Positions 25,249-39,246 are shown, counted from the first letter of the stretch. The stretch is 64,000 bases of DNA from an uncultured Christensenella sp. (GCA_948468595.1 CAOKIU010000001.1:28811-92810); one strand, 5' to 3'. Made by a program: numbers and translations. The notes: generated from the letters alone by a model not told the origin.

Positions 25249-27261
25249 ATGCCGCAGTTCAAAATCAAGTCGAAGATGACGCCGCAGGGCGATCAGCCGC
25301 AGGCCATCGACACGCTGGTGGAGGGATTGGAGGACGGCCTAAAGACGCAGGTGCTGCTGGGCGTGACGGGATCGGGCAAGACCTTCACCATGGCCAACAT
25401 CATCGAGCGGGTGCAGCGGCCCACGCTGGTCCTGGCGCACAATAAGACGTTGGCGGCGCAGCTCTGTTCGGAGTTTAAGGAGCTGTTCCCGGATAACGCG
25501 GTGGAATACTTCGTCTCCTATTACGACTACTACCAGCCTGAGGCCTATATCGCCACGACCGATACCTATATTGAAAAGGACTCCTCCATCAATGACGAGA
25601 TCGACCGCCTGCGCCACAGCGCCACGGCCGCGCTCTCCGAGCGGCGGGACGTGATCATTGTCTCCTCGGTATCGTGCATCTATTCCATGGGCGACCCCTC
25701 GGAGTACGAAAACATGACCCTCTCCCTGCGCGAGGGCATGGAAAAGGACCGCGACGATGTGATCGCGCTGCTGGTGGAGAACCAGTACGACCGCAACGAC
25801 ATCGATTTTTCCCGCGGCACCTTCCGCGTGCGCGGGGATGTCTTGGAGGTCTTTCCCGTTGGCCAGCAGTCCAAGGCGCTTCGCCTGGAATTCTTTGGGG
25901 ATGAAATCGACCGCATCAGCGAGTTCGACCCGGTCACGGGCGTGGTTTCGGCGCACCTGTCCCACGCGCTCATCTTCCCCGCCACCCATTACGCCATCTC
26001 CCGCCAACAGCTCGACCGGCAAATCGACGTCATCGAGCAGGACCTGGCCAAGCAGCTTCAGTTCTTCCGCGACCAGGACAAGCTCCTGGAGGCGCAGCGC
26101 CTGGAACAGCGCACGAATTACGACATTGAGATGCTGCGCGAGATCGGCTTTTGCACCGGGATTGAGAACTACTCCCGCTATTTTGACGGCCGCCAGCCCG
26201 GACAAGCGCCCTTTACATTGCTGGACTACTTTCCCAAGGACTTCCTCTTGATGGTGGATGAATCGCACGTGACCATCCCGCAGGTGCGCGCCATGTACGC
26301 GGGCGACTATGCGCGCAAGAAAAACCTGGTGGAATACGGCTTCCGCCTGCCCTCCGCGTTCGACAACCGGCCGCTGCGTTTTGAGGAGTTTGAACAAAAG
26401 ATCGGCCAGCGCATCTTCGTCTCCGCCACGCCCGGCCCCTATGAGATGGCCACCACCGGCCAGACCGTGGAGCAGATCATCCGTCCCACGGGCCTGATCG
26501 ATCCTGAAATCGTGCTGGTTCCCGCCGAGGGGCAGGTGGACGACCTGGTGGGCCGCATCCGCGATGTCACCTCCCGGTCCTGCCGCGTGCTGGTCACGAC
26601 GCTGACCAAGCGCATGGCCGAGAGCCTGACCGACTACCTAAAGGAGCTGGGCATCCGGGTCAATTACCTGCACTCGGACGTGGACACGCTGGACCGCATC
26701 CAGATCATCCGCGACCTGCGCTTGGGCAAATTTGACGTGCTGGTGGGCATCAACCTGCTTCGAGAGGGACTGGATCTGCCGGAAGTGGAGATGGTCGCCA
26801 TTTTGGACGCCGACAAGGAGGGCTTCCTGCGCAGCGAAACCTCCTTGATCCAGACCATCGGCCGCGCCGCGCGAAACGTGGACGGCAAAGTGGTGATGTA
26901 CGCCGATACCGTCACCGATTCCATGCGCAAGGCCATCGACGAGACCAACCGCCGCCGCGCCATTCAGATGGCGTATAACCAGGAGCATCACATCACGCCG
27001 CAGACCGTGCGCAAGGCGGTGGCGGACCTGCTGGTGGTATCGCGCACGCCCGAGGAAAGCGGGGAAAACGTCCTGGACGAGGAGGAAAAGCGCCTGGCCA
27101 TCCAGCACCTGGAGGAGCAGATGCTCGAAGCCGCCGGCCGTCTGGACTTCGAAGCCGCGGCAAAATACCGCGACAAGATCCTCTCGCTCAAGGGCGAGAA
27201 GGTCGTAACGGACAACACCCCGGCGGGCCGCCGCGCTCAGCGCAAGCGGCGCAGAAAGTAG
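25249..27261 (+). CDS. uvrB: Excinuclease ABC subunit B
   Basis: 670 aa. Contains [15 protein letters not shown], the helicase motifs, and the C-terminal UVR domain ([13 protein letters not shown]). Confidence 0.97.
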   Translation: MPQFKIKSKMTPQGDQPQAIDTLVEGLEDGLKTQVLLGVTGSGKTFTMANIIERVQRPTLVLAHNKTLAAQLCSEFKELFPDNAVEYFVSYYDYYQPEAYIATTDTYIEKDSSINDEIDRLRHSATAALSERRDVIIVSSVSCIYSMGDPSEYENMTLSLREGMEKDRDDVIALLVENQYDRNDIDFSRGTFRVRGDVLEVFPVGQQSKALRLEFFGDEIDRISEFDPVTGVVSAHLSHALIFPATHYAISRQQLDRQIDVIEQDLAKQLQFFRDQDKLLEAQRLEQRTNYDIEMLREIGFCTGIENYSRYFDGRQPGQAPFTLLDYFPKDFLLMVDESHVTIPQVRAMYAGDYARKKNLVEYGFRLPSAFDNRPLRFEEFEQKIGQRIFVSATPGPYEMATTGQTVEQIIRPTGLIDPEIVLVPAEGQVDDLVGRIRDVTSRSCRVLVTTLTKRMAESLTDYLKELGIRVNYLHSDVDTLDRIQIIRDLRLGKFDVLVGINLLREGLDLPEVEMVAILDADKEGFLRSETSLIQTIGRAARNVDGKVVMYADTVTDSMRKAIDETNRRRAIQMAYNQEHHITPQTVRKAVADLLVVSRTPEESGENVLDEEEKRLAIQHLEEQMLEAAGRLDFEAAAKYRDKILSLKGEKVVTDNTPAGRRAQRKRRRK

Positions 27262-27270
27262 CATGCGGTT

Positions 27271-28308
27271 ATGAAACCACCTTTTCAATGGATAAAGGCC
27301 GCGGGCTGCGGCGCGATCTGCGCGGCTTTATTGACCGGCTGTCTCGGCGGGCAGGGCGCGGCAAACGCGCCGGAGCCTAAGACAAGGGCGCCGGAACCGG
27401 TCAAGCTGCGAGAAACCGGAGCGCCGGCTGCGGGACCCGCGGATCTTCCGCAAGAGCCGACGATCGTGCCCATGGAAGCAAGGCTCGAAATCATCGAAGC
27501 CGACTGGGCGCCGTATTTTGACGGGCTCAATGGCGCGGCGGTTCTGTACGATGCCTCCGCCCCGCGCTTTACCCTCTATCATCGCGCGCTGGCCGAAACG
27601 AGGCGGTCGCCCTGTTCCACATTCAAAATCATCTCCTCCCTGATCGCCTTGGAGGAGGGCGCAATCGATCCGCAACATTCCACGCGCAAATGGAGCGGCG
27701 AAACATTCTGGAATGAAGCATGGAACGGCGATCTCGATTTTGAGGAGGCCTTTCGCACATCGTGCGTCTGGTATTTCAGGGAAGTCATTGACGAGATCGG
27801 GCGGGAACGGATGCAGGAGGAATTGGACCGGCTCCACTATGGAAACTGTGATCTTTCCGACTGGGAGGGGCGGCTGAACACCAATAACCAGAACCGCGCG
27901 TTGACGGGATTCTGGATTGAATCGTCCCTGGCCATCTCCCCAAAGGAGCAGACCGAGGTGATGGAGCGCATCTTTGGGGAATCCTCCGCGTATTCGGAAA
28001 CGGCCCAAAGGGAATTGAGGAAGGTCATGCGCGTCGACGCGCAGGAGGATGCCGAGCTTGCGGTTTATGGCAAGACCGGAACGGGCAAGGCGGAAGGCAT
28101 CACGGTGGACGCATGGTTCTCCGGGTTTGCGGAAAACGCCGTAAGTCGCGTTTATTTCTGCGTTTATCTTGGTAGAACAGACGGCAAAAAGCCAACCAGC
28201 ACCGCGGCAAAGGAAATTGCCCTTCGGCTGGTGACGGATTACTTTAAAGCCTCCGAACAGGAGAGCAGCGAGGCTACTGTAAAAAGGGATTCCACAGGGA
28301 ACGAGTAG
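27271..28308 (+). CDS. Class D (OXA-type) beta-lactamase family lipoprotein, or BlaR1-sensor-like penicillin-binding domain
   Basis: Lipobox LLTGC. All class D motifs appear in the correct order: STFK (nt 27616-27627), SCV, YGN, FWIESSLAISPKEQ, KTGTG. Confidence 0.8.
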   Translation: MKPPFQWIKAAGCGAICAALLTGCLGGQGAANAPEPKTRAPEPVKLRETGAPAAGPADLPQEPTIVPMEARLEIIEADWAPYFDGLNGAAVLYDASAPRFTLYHRALAETRRSPCSTFKIISSLIALEEGAIDPQHSTRKWSGETFWNEAWNGDLDFEEAFRTSCVWYFREVIDEIGRERMQEELDRLHYGNCDLSDWEGRLNTNNQNRALTGFWIESSLAISPKEQTEVMERIFGESSAYSETAQRELRKVMRVDAQEDAELAVYGKTGTGKAEGITVDAWFSGFAENAVSRVYFCVYLGRTDGKKPTSTAAKEIALRLVTDYFKASEQESSEATVKRDSTGNE

Positions 28309-28323
28309 GAGGTTTATTCTCCC

Positions 28324-31143
<2,820 letters not shown>

Positions 31144-31147
31144 TTTC

Positions 31148-31199
31148 CGACGCGGACAAGTGCGGGAGCGCTTAAGCGCTCCCGCACTTGTCCGCGTCG
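31148..31199 (+). terminator. 52-bp perfect palindrome (26-bp arms) acting as the uvrA terminator
   Basis: cgacgcggacaagtgcgggagcgctt / aagcgctcccgcacttgtccgcgtcg, followed by attt. Confidence 0.7.
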
Positions 31200-31300
31200 A
31201 TTTCCCCTATAGAACCGTTTGCATTTGCGTGATCCCCGCCTTATAATGAAAGAAACGATACATTTCACCCGCGCCGGCGGAATCAAAGGGGGAGTTAGGC

Positions 31301-32140
31301 GTGAAGGAAGGCGCGCGCAAAATAAAGAAATTCATCATCCCCATCCTCATGTGGCTGATCTTCGAGGGTGTGGCCGTCACGCTTTGGCTGACGAAGGACA
31401 ACGCCTTTTACCTATTCAATTTCAGCTATATCGGCACCTCCCTTGCGGTGGCGCTTGCGCTATACCAGCTGCATTACAGGCACGCGCGCAGGGTTGCACA
31501 GTTCCTGGTTGGGACCTATATCCTCGTCTATCTCGGCCTGATCTGCAATGAAAACATGCAGATTGAGGGCTTCTGGTACTATTTGTTCACGGGCGTATTT
31601 GAGGCGGCGACCATCCATTATGCCGTGGCAAAAATCCTGGGCCCGCTGGTCTTTGGCCGGGGCTGGTGCGGGTACGCCTGTTGGACGGCCATGATTTTGG
31701 ACCTGCTCCCCTACAAAATACCGCGGTATCCCCGCAAAAAATGGGGTTGGATTCGCTATCTCACCTTCGCGCTGTCCCTTGTCTTCGTCGGCGCCCTGTT
31801 TCTTGCCCATGTGGGAAATATGGAAAAAATCATGTTCTGGGCGTTCATCATTGGCAACGTCGCGTACTATGCCGCCGGCATCGCGCTGGCCTTTGCGCTA
31901 AAGGATAACCGCGCTTTCTGCAAGTATTTGTGTCCCATCACCGTGTTCTTAAAACCAATGTCCTATTTTTCATTGCTGCGCATCCAATGCGACCAGAGCA
32001 AGTGCGTCTCCTGCGGCAAATGCAAGAGGGTTTGCCCCATGAATGTGGATATGACGGACAACTCGAGAAGGCGAAAAAACGGGACGGAGTGCATCCTGTG
32101 TTTCGAATGCGCCAAGGCGTGCCCCAAGGACGCGCTGTAG
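31301..32140 (+). CDS. Membrane-bound 4Fe-4S ferredoxin-type protein (NapH/MauN-like)
   Basis: GTG start with GGGGGAG 6 nt upstream. Several TM segments, then two CxxCxxCxxxCP clusters (CVSCGKCKRVCP, CILCFECAKACP). Confidence 0.75.
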   Translation: MKEGARKIKKFIIPILMWLIFEGVAVTLWLTKDNAFYLFNFSYIGTSLAVALALYQLHYRHARRVAQFLVGTYILVYLGLICNENMQIEGFWYYLFTGVFEAATIHYAVAKILGPLVFGRGWCGYACWTAMILDLLPYKIPRYPRKKWGWIRYLTFALSLVFVGALFLAHVGNMEKIMFWAFIIGNVAYYAAGIALAFALKDNRAFCKYLCPITVFLKPMSYFSLLRIQCDQSKCVSCGKCKRVCPMNVDMTDNSRRRKNGTECILCFECAKACPKDAL

Positions 32141-32161
32141 CGCGCCCAGGCTGTTGCAAAG

Positions 32162-32196
32162 GAACCCCCGCAGGCCGCTTCGGCCTGCGGGGGTTC
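32162..32196. terminator. Bidirectional terminator between convergent genes
   Basis: GAACCCCCGCAGGCCG-cttc-GGCCTGCGGGGGTTC. Confidence 0.8.
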
Positions 32197-32231
32197 GGCT
32201 TTGTTTGCCGCGATTTGTTGGCAGCGCTGCC

Positions 32232-32771
32232 TTACACATCGGTGATCTTTTCGGCGGGCTTGTAGTAGCCGCGCGGATGGCCGCAGACCGGGCAGAACTC
32301 GGGCGGCTCGGTGCCCTCGTGGACGCGGCCGCACACGGTGCAGATCCAGCGGATGGGCTTGGCCTTTTTGAGCATCAGGTCCTTTTCCAACTGCGCGATG
32401 AGCACGCCGTAGCGTTCGTCATGCATCCGCTCGATGTTGCCCACCATGCGGAAGAGCCCTGCCATGCGCTCAAAGCCCTCGTCCAGGGCCTCGCGCTCAA
32501 AGCGGGCGTACATATCCGTCCACTCAAAGTGCTCGCCGGCCTGCGCGTCCTTGAGGTTGTCCAGCGTGCCGCCCAGGTTCCCCAGGGAGCGGTACCACAG
32601 CTTGGCGTGGTAGTGCTCGTTGCGCGCCGTCTCCTCGAAGATCTCCGCGACCTGAATCAGGCCCTCGCTGCGCGCGACCTTCGCGTAAAAGTCATATTTA
32701 TTCCTCGCCATCGACTCTCCCGAGAACGCCGCCATCAGGTTCGCCTCGGTGCGTGATCCTTTGAATTCCAT
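32232..32771 (-). CDS. rbr: Rubrerythrin
   Basis: Di-iron ferritin-like domain (GESMARNKY...EHYHAKLW) plus a C-terminal rubredoxin motif CTVCG...CPVCG. Confidence 0.9.
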   Translation of the reverse strand: MEFKGSRTEANLMAAFSGESMARNKYDFYAKVARSEGLIQVAEIFEETARNEHYHAKLWYRSLGNLGGTLDNLKDAQAGEHFEWTDMYARFEREALDEGFERMAGLFRMVGNIERMHDERYGVLIAQLEKDLMLKKAKPIRWICTVCGRVHEGTEPPEFCPVCGHPRGYYKPAEKITDV

Positions 32772-32928
32772 TCACCGTACCTCCTTGATTCTTTGACCCT
32801 ATTTTGGGCAAAACTCCAAAAATTATGCGACAGGTGGAAATTTTCTCCCAAGTTATGTTATAATCAATTTGGGAAATCGATACCGCAGGCGCGATAGAAA
32901 CAAACGCCGCCCGCAAAAGGAGGAAACA

Positions 32929-34671
32929 GTGGGGGTACTCAAGGGATTTTTCGCAAAACACGGCTGGCGATATTTGCCGGGCATGCTCTTTCTTATCATG
33001 AACGCCGCGTTGGATGTCATTCCCGCGCGTCTTCTGGGCGACGCTGTGGACCTGATGCGGGAGAGCGTCATCGACCAGCGCGCGGTGCTTGATAAACTGT
33101 GCCTGATGGTGGCGGCCGCCGTGGGGATCTTCATAACGCGCGCCATCTGGCGTTCCTTCATCAACGGCAACGCCCGGCGCATGGAAATGTGGCTGCGCAA
33201 GACGCTGTTTACCCACTTGCAGACGCTGGGCATGGACTTTTTCAACCATCAAAAGACGGGGGACCTGATGGCCTATGCCATCAACGACATCAACGCCATT
33301 CGCATGACCTTCGGCCCGGCGGTGGCGCTGGCCAGCACCAGCCTGTTTACCGGCGTGTTCTCCATCATTCAGATGAGCGCGGGCATTGACGGCAGGCTGG
33401 CGCTTTTCTGCCTGTTGCCCATCCCGTTTTTGCTGGTGCTGATACTCAAGCTGGGCACGATCACGCGCGTTCGCTTCCGCAAGGTGCAGGAGGCGTTTGC
33501 CGACGTTTCCGACCGCGTGCAGGAGAATATCTCCGGCATCCGCGTCATCAAAGCCTACGCGCAGGAGGGCCCGGAGGTGGAGCGCTTTGAGTCGCTCAAC
33601 CGCAATATGCTGGATACCAATGTCTCCATGGTCAGGGTCTCCTCGGCCATGAGCCCCATGGTGGCCTTTATCTTCGGCATCAGCTTTACCATCAGCCTCA
33701 TCTACGGCAGCCATTTGGTGCGCACGGGTGTGATCACCCTGGGCGATTTCGTCGCCTTCAACGGGTATTTAACGCTCATCGTCAGCCCGGTTCAGGCGGT
33801 GGCGCGCGTGACCAACATCCTCCAGCGCGGCCTGGCCTCGCTCAAGCGCTACGCCGCGGTGCTCAGAACCCAGCCCATGGTGGTGGACGCCGCCCGCAAT
33901 CTGCACAAGGGCCCGCTGGGCGGCGCCATCGACGTGCGCAATCTCACCTTTCACTATCCCGACGGTGGCGACGCGGCCCTAAGCGACGTATCCTTCTCCC
34001 TCAAGCCCGGCAAGACCCTGGGCATCCTGGGGCATACGGGCAGCGGCAAGACCACGCTGTGCAACCTGCTGCTCAAGCTGTATAACCCCGCGCGGGGCAT
34101 GGTTGCCTTTGACGGGGTGGACCTGCACGACATCTCCTTGGACACCCTGCGCGACGGCATCGGCTACGTGCCGCAGGATAACTTCCTCTTCTCCTCCACC
34201 GTCGCCGAAAACATCCGCTTTTACGCGCCGGATGCCACCATGAAGGACATTGAGGAGGCGGCGCGGCAAGCGGATATCTACGACTCCATTATGGAGTTTC
34301 CGCAGGGTTTTAAAACCGAGGTGGGCGAACGCGGCATGACGCTTTCGGGCGGGCAAAAGCAGCGCATCTCCATCGCGCGCGCGCTGGTCAAGCATCCCAA
34401 GGTGCTCATTTTGGACGACGCGCTCTCGGCCGTGGACGCCAAGACCGAGCTGAACATCTGGCAGGAGCTGGACGGCGTGTTTGCAAAGGGCGCCTCGGGC
34501 ATTATTGTGGCGCACCGCGTCAGCGCGCTGATGCACTGTGACGAAATTCTGGTCTTGGAGCGCGGCCGCGTCATCGAGCGCGGCACGCATGAACAGCTCA
34601 TGGCGCTTGGTGGGCAGTATGCCCGCACGGCGCGCAAACAGGAGAATGCGGAGGTGGGCAAGGATGAATGA
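32929..34671 (+). CDS. ABC transporter permease/ATP-binding protein (exporter half-transporter 1)
   Basis: Fused TMD-NBD. Walker A GHTGSGKTT, signature LSGGQKQRISIAR, Walker B ILILDDALS. I chose the GTG start at 32929 because AGGAGG lies 5 nt upstream. Confidence 0.85.
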   Translation: MGVLKGFFAKHGWRYLPGMLFLIMNAALDVIPARLLGDAVDLMRESVIDQRAVLDKLCLMVAAAVGIFITRAIWRSFINGNARRMEMWLRKTLFTHLQTLGMDFFNHQKTGDLMAYAINDINAIRMTFGPAVALASTSLFTGVFSIIQMSAGIDGRLALFCLLPIPFLLVLILKLGTITRVRFRKVQEAFADVSDRVQENISGIRVIKAYAQEGPEVERFESLNRNMLDTNVSMVRVSSAMSPMVAFIFGISFTISLIYGSHLVRTGVITLGDFVAFNGYLTLIVSPVQAVARVTNILQRGLASLKRYAAVLRTQPMVVDAARNLHKGPLGGAIDVRNLTFHYPDGGDAALSDVSFSLKPGKTLGILGHTGSGKTTLCNLLLKLYNPARGMVAFDGVDLHDISLDTLRDGIGYVPQDNFLFSSTVAENIRFYAPDATMKDIEEAARQADIYDSIMEFPQGFKTEVGERGMTLSGGQKQRISIARALVKHPKVLILDDALSAVDAKTELNIWQELDGVFAKGASGIIVAHRVSALMHCDEILVLERGRVIERGTHEQLMALGGQYARTARKQENAEVGKDE

Positions 34672-36412
34672 GCAACGCAGGGGTTTGACCCGGTTAATGC
34701 CCTTCCTGATGCCGCAGCTCAAGGTGCTGCTGCTCTGCCTCTTCATGGTCGTTGTGGTCAACGCGGCTGAGCTGGCCAAGCCTTACATCCTGGAGGTCGT
34801 CATCGACCGGTATTTGACGGCGGGCCGGCCGGACCAGGGCTTGGACGCGGTATGGGTGCTGGCGCTCTCCTACATGGCGTGCGTGGCGCTCTCCTCCGCG
34901 CTCAACGTCACCGAGGCGGTGATGGTCAACCGCATGGGCCAGAGCATTTTGATGGACATCCGCCGCAAGGTGTTTACCCACATTCAGCACATGTCCATGC
35001 AGACCTTGGATCACTTCTCCTCCGGGCGGCTCATCACCCGCGCCACCAACGACGTGGAAACCCTCAACGAGCTCTTTTCCGACGTGTTGGTGAACCTATT
35101 CAAGGACGCCTTCATGCTGCTGGGGATCGTGACCATGATGCTGATCATGAACTGGCGTCTGGCGCTGGTGGCCTTTGCCGTTGTGCCGCTGATCGTGCTG
35201 ATCACGGTGCTGGTGCGCGGCAAGCTGCGGCGCAACTTCGTCAAGCTCAAGTCCCTCACCGGCCGCATCAACGGCTTTTTCGCCGAGAACATGTCGGGGA
35301 TGCGTCTGGTGCAGATTTTCCGCAAAGAAAAGGAGAAAAACGCCGAGTTTCAGGAGCTTAACGTGGGCTACTACAAGGCCGCGCGCACGCAGGTGCGCAT
35401 GAACAGCCTCATGCGGCCGCTGGTGGAGGTGGTCAACCAGCTGGGCATCGCCATCCTTCTGTGGTACGGCTGCAAGCAGGTTGGCCTGGGCGCGCTGGAG
35501 ATCGGCATGCTCTACGCCTTTACCAACTACATCAAGCAATTCTTCGAGCCCATCAACGATTTGGCGGAGAAATACACCACCATCTCCTCGGCCGTGGTCT
35601 CCACCGACCGCATTTTCGAGCTGCTGGACGACAAATCGCAATTGGAGGACACCCAGTCAGGCGAGGCGGTGCCCAACGTGGAGGGGCGCGTGGAGTTTCA
35701 GCACGTGTGGTTTGCCTATGATGGTGAGAACTGGGTGCTCAAGGACGTCTCCTTCACCATTGAGCCTGGGCAGTCCATCGCCTTTGTGGGCACCACGGGC
35801 GCGGGCAAATCCACGATCATCTCGCTGATCTCCCGCTTTTACACCATTCAGCGGGGCCGCATCCTGCTCGATGGGCGGGACATCTCCACCCTCTCTTTGG
35901 AGCAGCTGCGCCGCCATGTGGCGGTTGTGCTCCAGGATGTGTTCCTCTTCTCCGGCACCATTGCCGAGAACATCCGCCTGGGCAATCACGAGATCACGGA
36001 CGCGCAGGTGGACGCCGCGCTGAAGCTGGCCTGCGCGGATGGGTTCATCCGCGAGCTGCCCGGCGGCATGGATTATCCCGTCACCGAGCGCGGCTCCACC
36101 TTTTCCGCGGGCCAGCGCCAGCTTCTCTCCTTCGCGCGCGCCATTGCGCATGACCCGGCGGTCTTTGTCCTGGATGAGGCCACGGCCTCCATCGACACGG
36201 ACACCGAGCAGCTCATTCAGCAGTCGGTGCGCAACGTCTCCCGCGGCCGCACCACCATCATCATCGCGCACCGGCTGTCCACCATCCGCGAGTGCGACTG
36301 CATCTACGTGCTGCGCGGAGGGCGCATTCGGGAGCAGGGCACGCACGAACAGCTCATGGCGCAGGGCGGCATTTACTTTAAACTCCACAACATGCAGATG
36401 AAGGACGCATGA
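34664..36412 (+). CDS. ABC transporter permease/ATP-binding protein (exporter half-transporter 2)
   Basis: Walker A GTTGAGKST, degenerate-type signature FSAGQRQLLSFAR, Walker B VFVLDEATA. Its start ATG at 34664 overlaps the end of the upstream gene by 8 nt. Confidence 0.85.
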   Translation: MNEQRRGLTRLMPFLMPQLKVLLLCLFMVVVVNAAELAKPYILEVVIDRYLTAGRPDQGLDAVWVLALSYMACVALSSALNVTEAVMVNRMGQSILMDIRRKVFTHIQHMSMQTLDHFSSGRLITRATNDVETLNELFSDVLVNLFKDAFMLLGIVTMMLIMNWRLALVAFAVVPLIVLITVLVRGKLRRNFVKLKSLTGRINGFFAENMSGMRLVQIFRKEKEKNAEFQELNVGYYKAARTQVRMNSLMRPLVEVVNQLGIAILLWYGCKQVGLGALEIGMLYAFTNYIKQFFEPINDLAEKYTTISSAVVSTDRIFELLDDKSQLEDTQSGEAVPNVEGRVEFQHVWFAYDGENWVLKDVSFTIEPGQSIAFVGTTGAGKSTIISLISRFYTIQRGRILLDGRDISTLSLEQLRRHVAVVLQDVFLFSGTIAENIRLGNHEITDAQVDAALKLACADGFIRELPGGMDYPVTERGSTFSAGQRQLLSFARAIAHDPAVFVLDEATASIDTDTEQLIQQSVRNVSRGRTTIIIAHRLSTIRECDCIYVLRGGRIREQGTHEQLMAQGGIYFKLHNMQMKDA

Positions 36413-36416
36413 CCCG

Positions 36417-36496
36417 CAAAACGGCGCTCCCGGGATTCTTTTCCGGGAGCGCCGTTTTGCAGAGGCGCAGGGAAGGGGCAAGGCCCCTTCCCTTTT
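36417..36496. terminator. Two stem-loop terminators between convergent genes
   Basis: CAAAACGGCGCTCCCGG...CCGGGAGCGCCGTTTTG (36417-36459) and GGGAAGGGG...CCCCTTCCC-TTTT (36470-36496). Confidence 0.8.
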
Positions 36497-36561
36497 ACCT
36501 TTATCATTTCGCAGGCGGCCTGCGCGGTAGGGAGCAAGCGGCGGACGGCTTTGCCCGCACG

Positions 36562-38217
36562 TCAGAACAGGCCGACGATCTCGCCCGCATCGGTCACGTC
36601 AATGGCCTCTGCCGCAGGGACCTTGGGCAGCCCTGGCATGGCGATGATTTCGCCGGTAAAGGCCACCACAAAGCCCGCGCCCGCGCTCAGGCGCACCTGG
36701 CGCACCGTGACGGTGAAGTCCTTGGGCCGGCCCACCCTCTTGGGATCGTCGGAGAGCGAGTACTGCGTCTTGGCCATGCAAACGGGCATGGGGCCGAGCT
36801 TATCCAGCTTGCGCAGCTGCGTCTTGACGCCCGCCGCAAAGGCCACGTCCTTGGCCCCGTAGACGCGGCGGGCAATGAGGGCGATCTTATTTTCCAGCGT
36901 CTCCTCCAAGGGATAGGCAAAGGTCAACTGCGAGGGCTGTTCGGTCAGGCGCAGCACCTCCCGCGCCAGGTCCATGCCGCCTTCGCCGCCCTTGGCCCAC
37001 ACGTCGCACAGGCTCACGTTGACGTCAATGGCGCGCAGCGCCTTCTCCACCAGCGCAAGCTCCTCCTGCGTATCGGTGGCAAACCGGTTGAGCGCCACCA
37101 CAACGGGCAGGGAATAGACGCTGCGCATGTTCTCCACGTGCTTGAGCAGGTTGCCAATGCCCAGCTTCAGCGCGTCGGGGTTTTCCTTGCCCAGCTCCGT
37201 CTTGGGCACGCCGCCATGGCACTTGAGCGCGCGGATTGTGGCCACCACCACCACCGCGCTGGGCGCAAGGCCCGCCATGCGGCACTTGATGTCCAGGAAT
37301 TTTTCCGCGCCCAAGTCCGCGCCGAAGCCCGCCTCGGTCACGCAGTAGTCGCCCAGCTTCAAGGCCGTGCGCGTGGCGATGACGGAGTTGCAGCCGTGGG
37401 CGATGTTGGCAAAGGGGCCGCCATGCATCAGTGCGGGCGTTCCCTCCAGGGTCTGCACCAGGTTGGGCTTGAGCGCGGTATCCAGCAGCGCCGCCATCGC
37501 GCCCTGGGCGTGGAGGTCGGCCGCCGTGACGGGCTCGCCCGCAAAGGTATAGGCCACCACAATGCGCTGGAGCCGCTCCTTCAGGTCCTTTCGATCGCTG
37601 GCCAGGCAGAAGACCGCCATGACCTCCGAGGCCGCGGTGATGTCAAAGCCATCGCTGCGGGGCATTCCGTTGCCCTTGCCGCCCAGGCCCGAAAGAATAT
37701 CGCGCAATTGGCGGTCGTTCATGTCCATGCAGCGGCGCCATTGAACGCGCCTGGGGTCAATGCCCAGGGCGTTGCCCTGCTGGATGTGATTGTCCACCAT
37801 GGCCGCCAGCAGATTGTTGGCCGCGGTGATGGCGTGCAGGTCTCCGGTAAAGTGCAGGTTGATGTCCTCCATGGGGATGACCTGCGCATACCCGCCGCCC
37901 GCGGCGCCGCCCTTGACGCCGAACACCGGTCCCAGCGACGGCTCCCGCAGCGCCAGCACCGCCTTTTTGCCCAGGCGGCGCAGGCCATCGGCCAGGCCGA
38001 TGGAAACCGTGGTCTTGCCCTCGCCCGCCGGCGTGGGGTTGATGGCGGTGACCAGGATCAGCTTGCCGTTGCCGCTTTGGGGCACTTTGTCGGGATCGAT
38101 CTTCGCCTTATAGTGGCCATAGGGCTCCAAGTCCTCGGGGTCCAGGCCCAGCTCCGCGGCAATTTGCGCAATCTTTTGGGGCTTGACCGACCGGGCGATT
38201 TCAATATCCGTCATCAT
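36562..38217 (-). CDS. fhs: Formate--tetrahydrofolate ligase
   Basis: Starts [16 protein letters not shown], includes TPAGEGKTT, and has the expected length and overall sequence. Start at 38217 rather than the upstream ATG at 38262. Confidence 0.93.
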   Translation of the reverse strand: MMTDIEIARSVKPQKIAQIAAELGLDPEDLEPYGHYKAKIDPDKVPQSGNGKLILVTAINPTPAGEGKTTVSIGLADGLRRLGKKAVLALREPSLGPVFGVKGGAAGGGYAQVIPMEDINLHFTGDLHAITAANNLLAAMVDNHIQQGNALGIDPRRVQWRRCMDMNDRQLRDILSGLGGKGNGMPRSDGFDITAASEVMAVFCLASDRKDLKERLQRIVVAYTFAGEPVTAADLHAQGAMAALLDTALKPNLVQTLEGTPALMHGGPFANIAHGCNSVIATRTALKLGDYCVTEAGFGADLGAEKFLDIKCRMAGLAPSAVVVVATIRALKCHGGVPKTELGKENPDALKLGIGNLLKHVENMRSVYSLPVVVALNRFATDTQEELALVEKALRAIDVNVSLCDVWAKGGEGGMDLAREVLRLTEQPSQLTFAYPLEETLENKIALIARRVYGAKDVAFAAGVKTQLRKLDKLGPMPVCMAKTQYSLSDDPKRVGRPKDFTVTVRQVRLSAGAGFVVAFTGEIIAMPGLPKVPAAEAIDVTDAGEIVGLF

Positions 38218-38297
38218 GTGTCTTTCTCCGCCTTTCCGTTGATAAAATGCATCCGCTTCCATTCCGTTCCCACTGATACGGGCGTCCGGCGCGCCCC

Positions 38298-39170
38298 TTA
38301 TTCTCTGCCGAAGCGGAACGCCTTCATGCCCTTGACGCCCACATCCGCGACAAAAACGTCGCCGGCGTGCGGGTATTTCTCCCGTCCAAAGCCCGCCGTG
38401 GTGATGAAGAGCTTGTCCAGATTCTCGCCGCCAAAGGTGGGGCAGGAGGTGCAGGGCGCGGGAACATCCACCTGGTCGAGCTTCTCCCCCGTCACATTGT
38501 CATAGCGGGCGACCTGCATTCCTCCCCACTGCGCCACCCAGAGCTTTCCCTCCGCGTCCACGGTCATGCCGTCGGGGCCGCCCTCGCTCTCCTCGGCCTT
38601 GGAAAAGTCAACAGCCACCCGGCGGTTGCTGATGCTGCTGGTCAGCTGGTCAAAGTCAAAGGCCCACACCGCGCGCGACGGCGTATCGATAAAATACATC
38701 GTCTTGTGGTCGGGGCTCCAGCCCATGCCGTTTGCGCATCCCAGACCGTCAATGACGTTGACGCTCGCCTTGTCCGGCGTCACGCGGTAGAGCGCGCCCA
38801 GCTTTCCCTGCTCCATGGGCATGGTGCCAATCCACATGTTGCCCGCGGGGTCGGGCTTGCCGTCGTTGCCGCGGTTCCCCTTGCGGTCGGTCTCCGGCTG
38901 CGTCAGGAACTCAAAGGCCCGCTCCTCCGGATCGAAGAGATAAAGCCCCGCCTCCAGCGCCACGATCAGGCGCCTGGAGCGCGTCAGCCCCACCGTTCCA
39001 ATGCGCGAAGGCATGTCGTAGACCGTGTCCTCCCCCGCCATCGTCACCTTGTGCAGCTTCTTCCCCTCAATATCCACGAAAAATAGGCAGCCCCGCACGT
39101 CGTCCCAGAGCGGGCCCTCGCCCAGCGTCGCCTGTGCGTTCAAAAAAACCTTTGCCTGCATTCTCTTCAT
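38298..39170 (-). CDS. SMP-30/gluconolactonase/LRE family protein
   Basis: Contains [10 protein letters not shown]...LFFVDI. 290-aa beta-propeller-type sequence. Confidence 0.75.
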   Translation of the reverse strand: MKRMQAKVFLNAQATLGEGPLWDDVRGCLFFVDIEGKKLHKVTMAGEDTVYDMPSRIGTVGLTRSRRLIVALEAGLYLFDPEERAFEFLTQPETDRKGNRGNDGKPDPAGNMWIGTMPMEQGKLGALYRVTPDKASVNVIDGLGCANGMGWSPDHKTMYFIDTPSRAVWAFDFDQLTSSISNRRVAVDFSKAEESEGGPDGMTVDAEGKLWVAQWGGMQVARYDNVTGEKLDQVDVPAPCTSCPTFGGENLDKLFITTAGFGREKYPHAGDVFVADVGVKGMKAFRFGRE

Positions 39171-39246
39171 CCTCCTTATGTTGTGTGTTTAAAAGGATTT
39201 TCCCCCCACCGCGTAGTATATACTACTTGCGAGAAGGAGTGGTAAC

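Noticed and set aside
25064-25249. SOS (LexA/Cheo) box upstream of uvrB
   Set aside because: I looked for CGAAC-N4-GTTCG-like palindromes. Only isolated GAAC half-sites are present.
36409-38505. 698-aa plus-strand ORF antisense to fhs and the SMP-30 gene
   Set aside because: It is a shadow ORF typical of high-GC DNA. The translation is Arg/Gly/Ala/His-rich and low in complexity, it has no RBS, and it lies fully opposite a well-supported formate-THF ligase gene.
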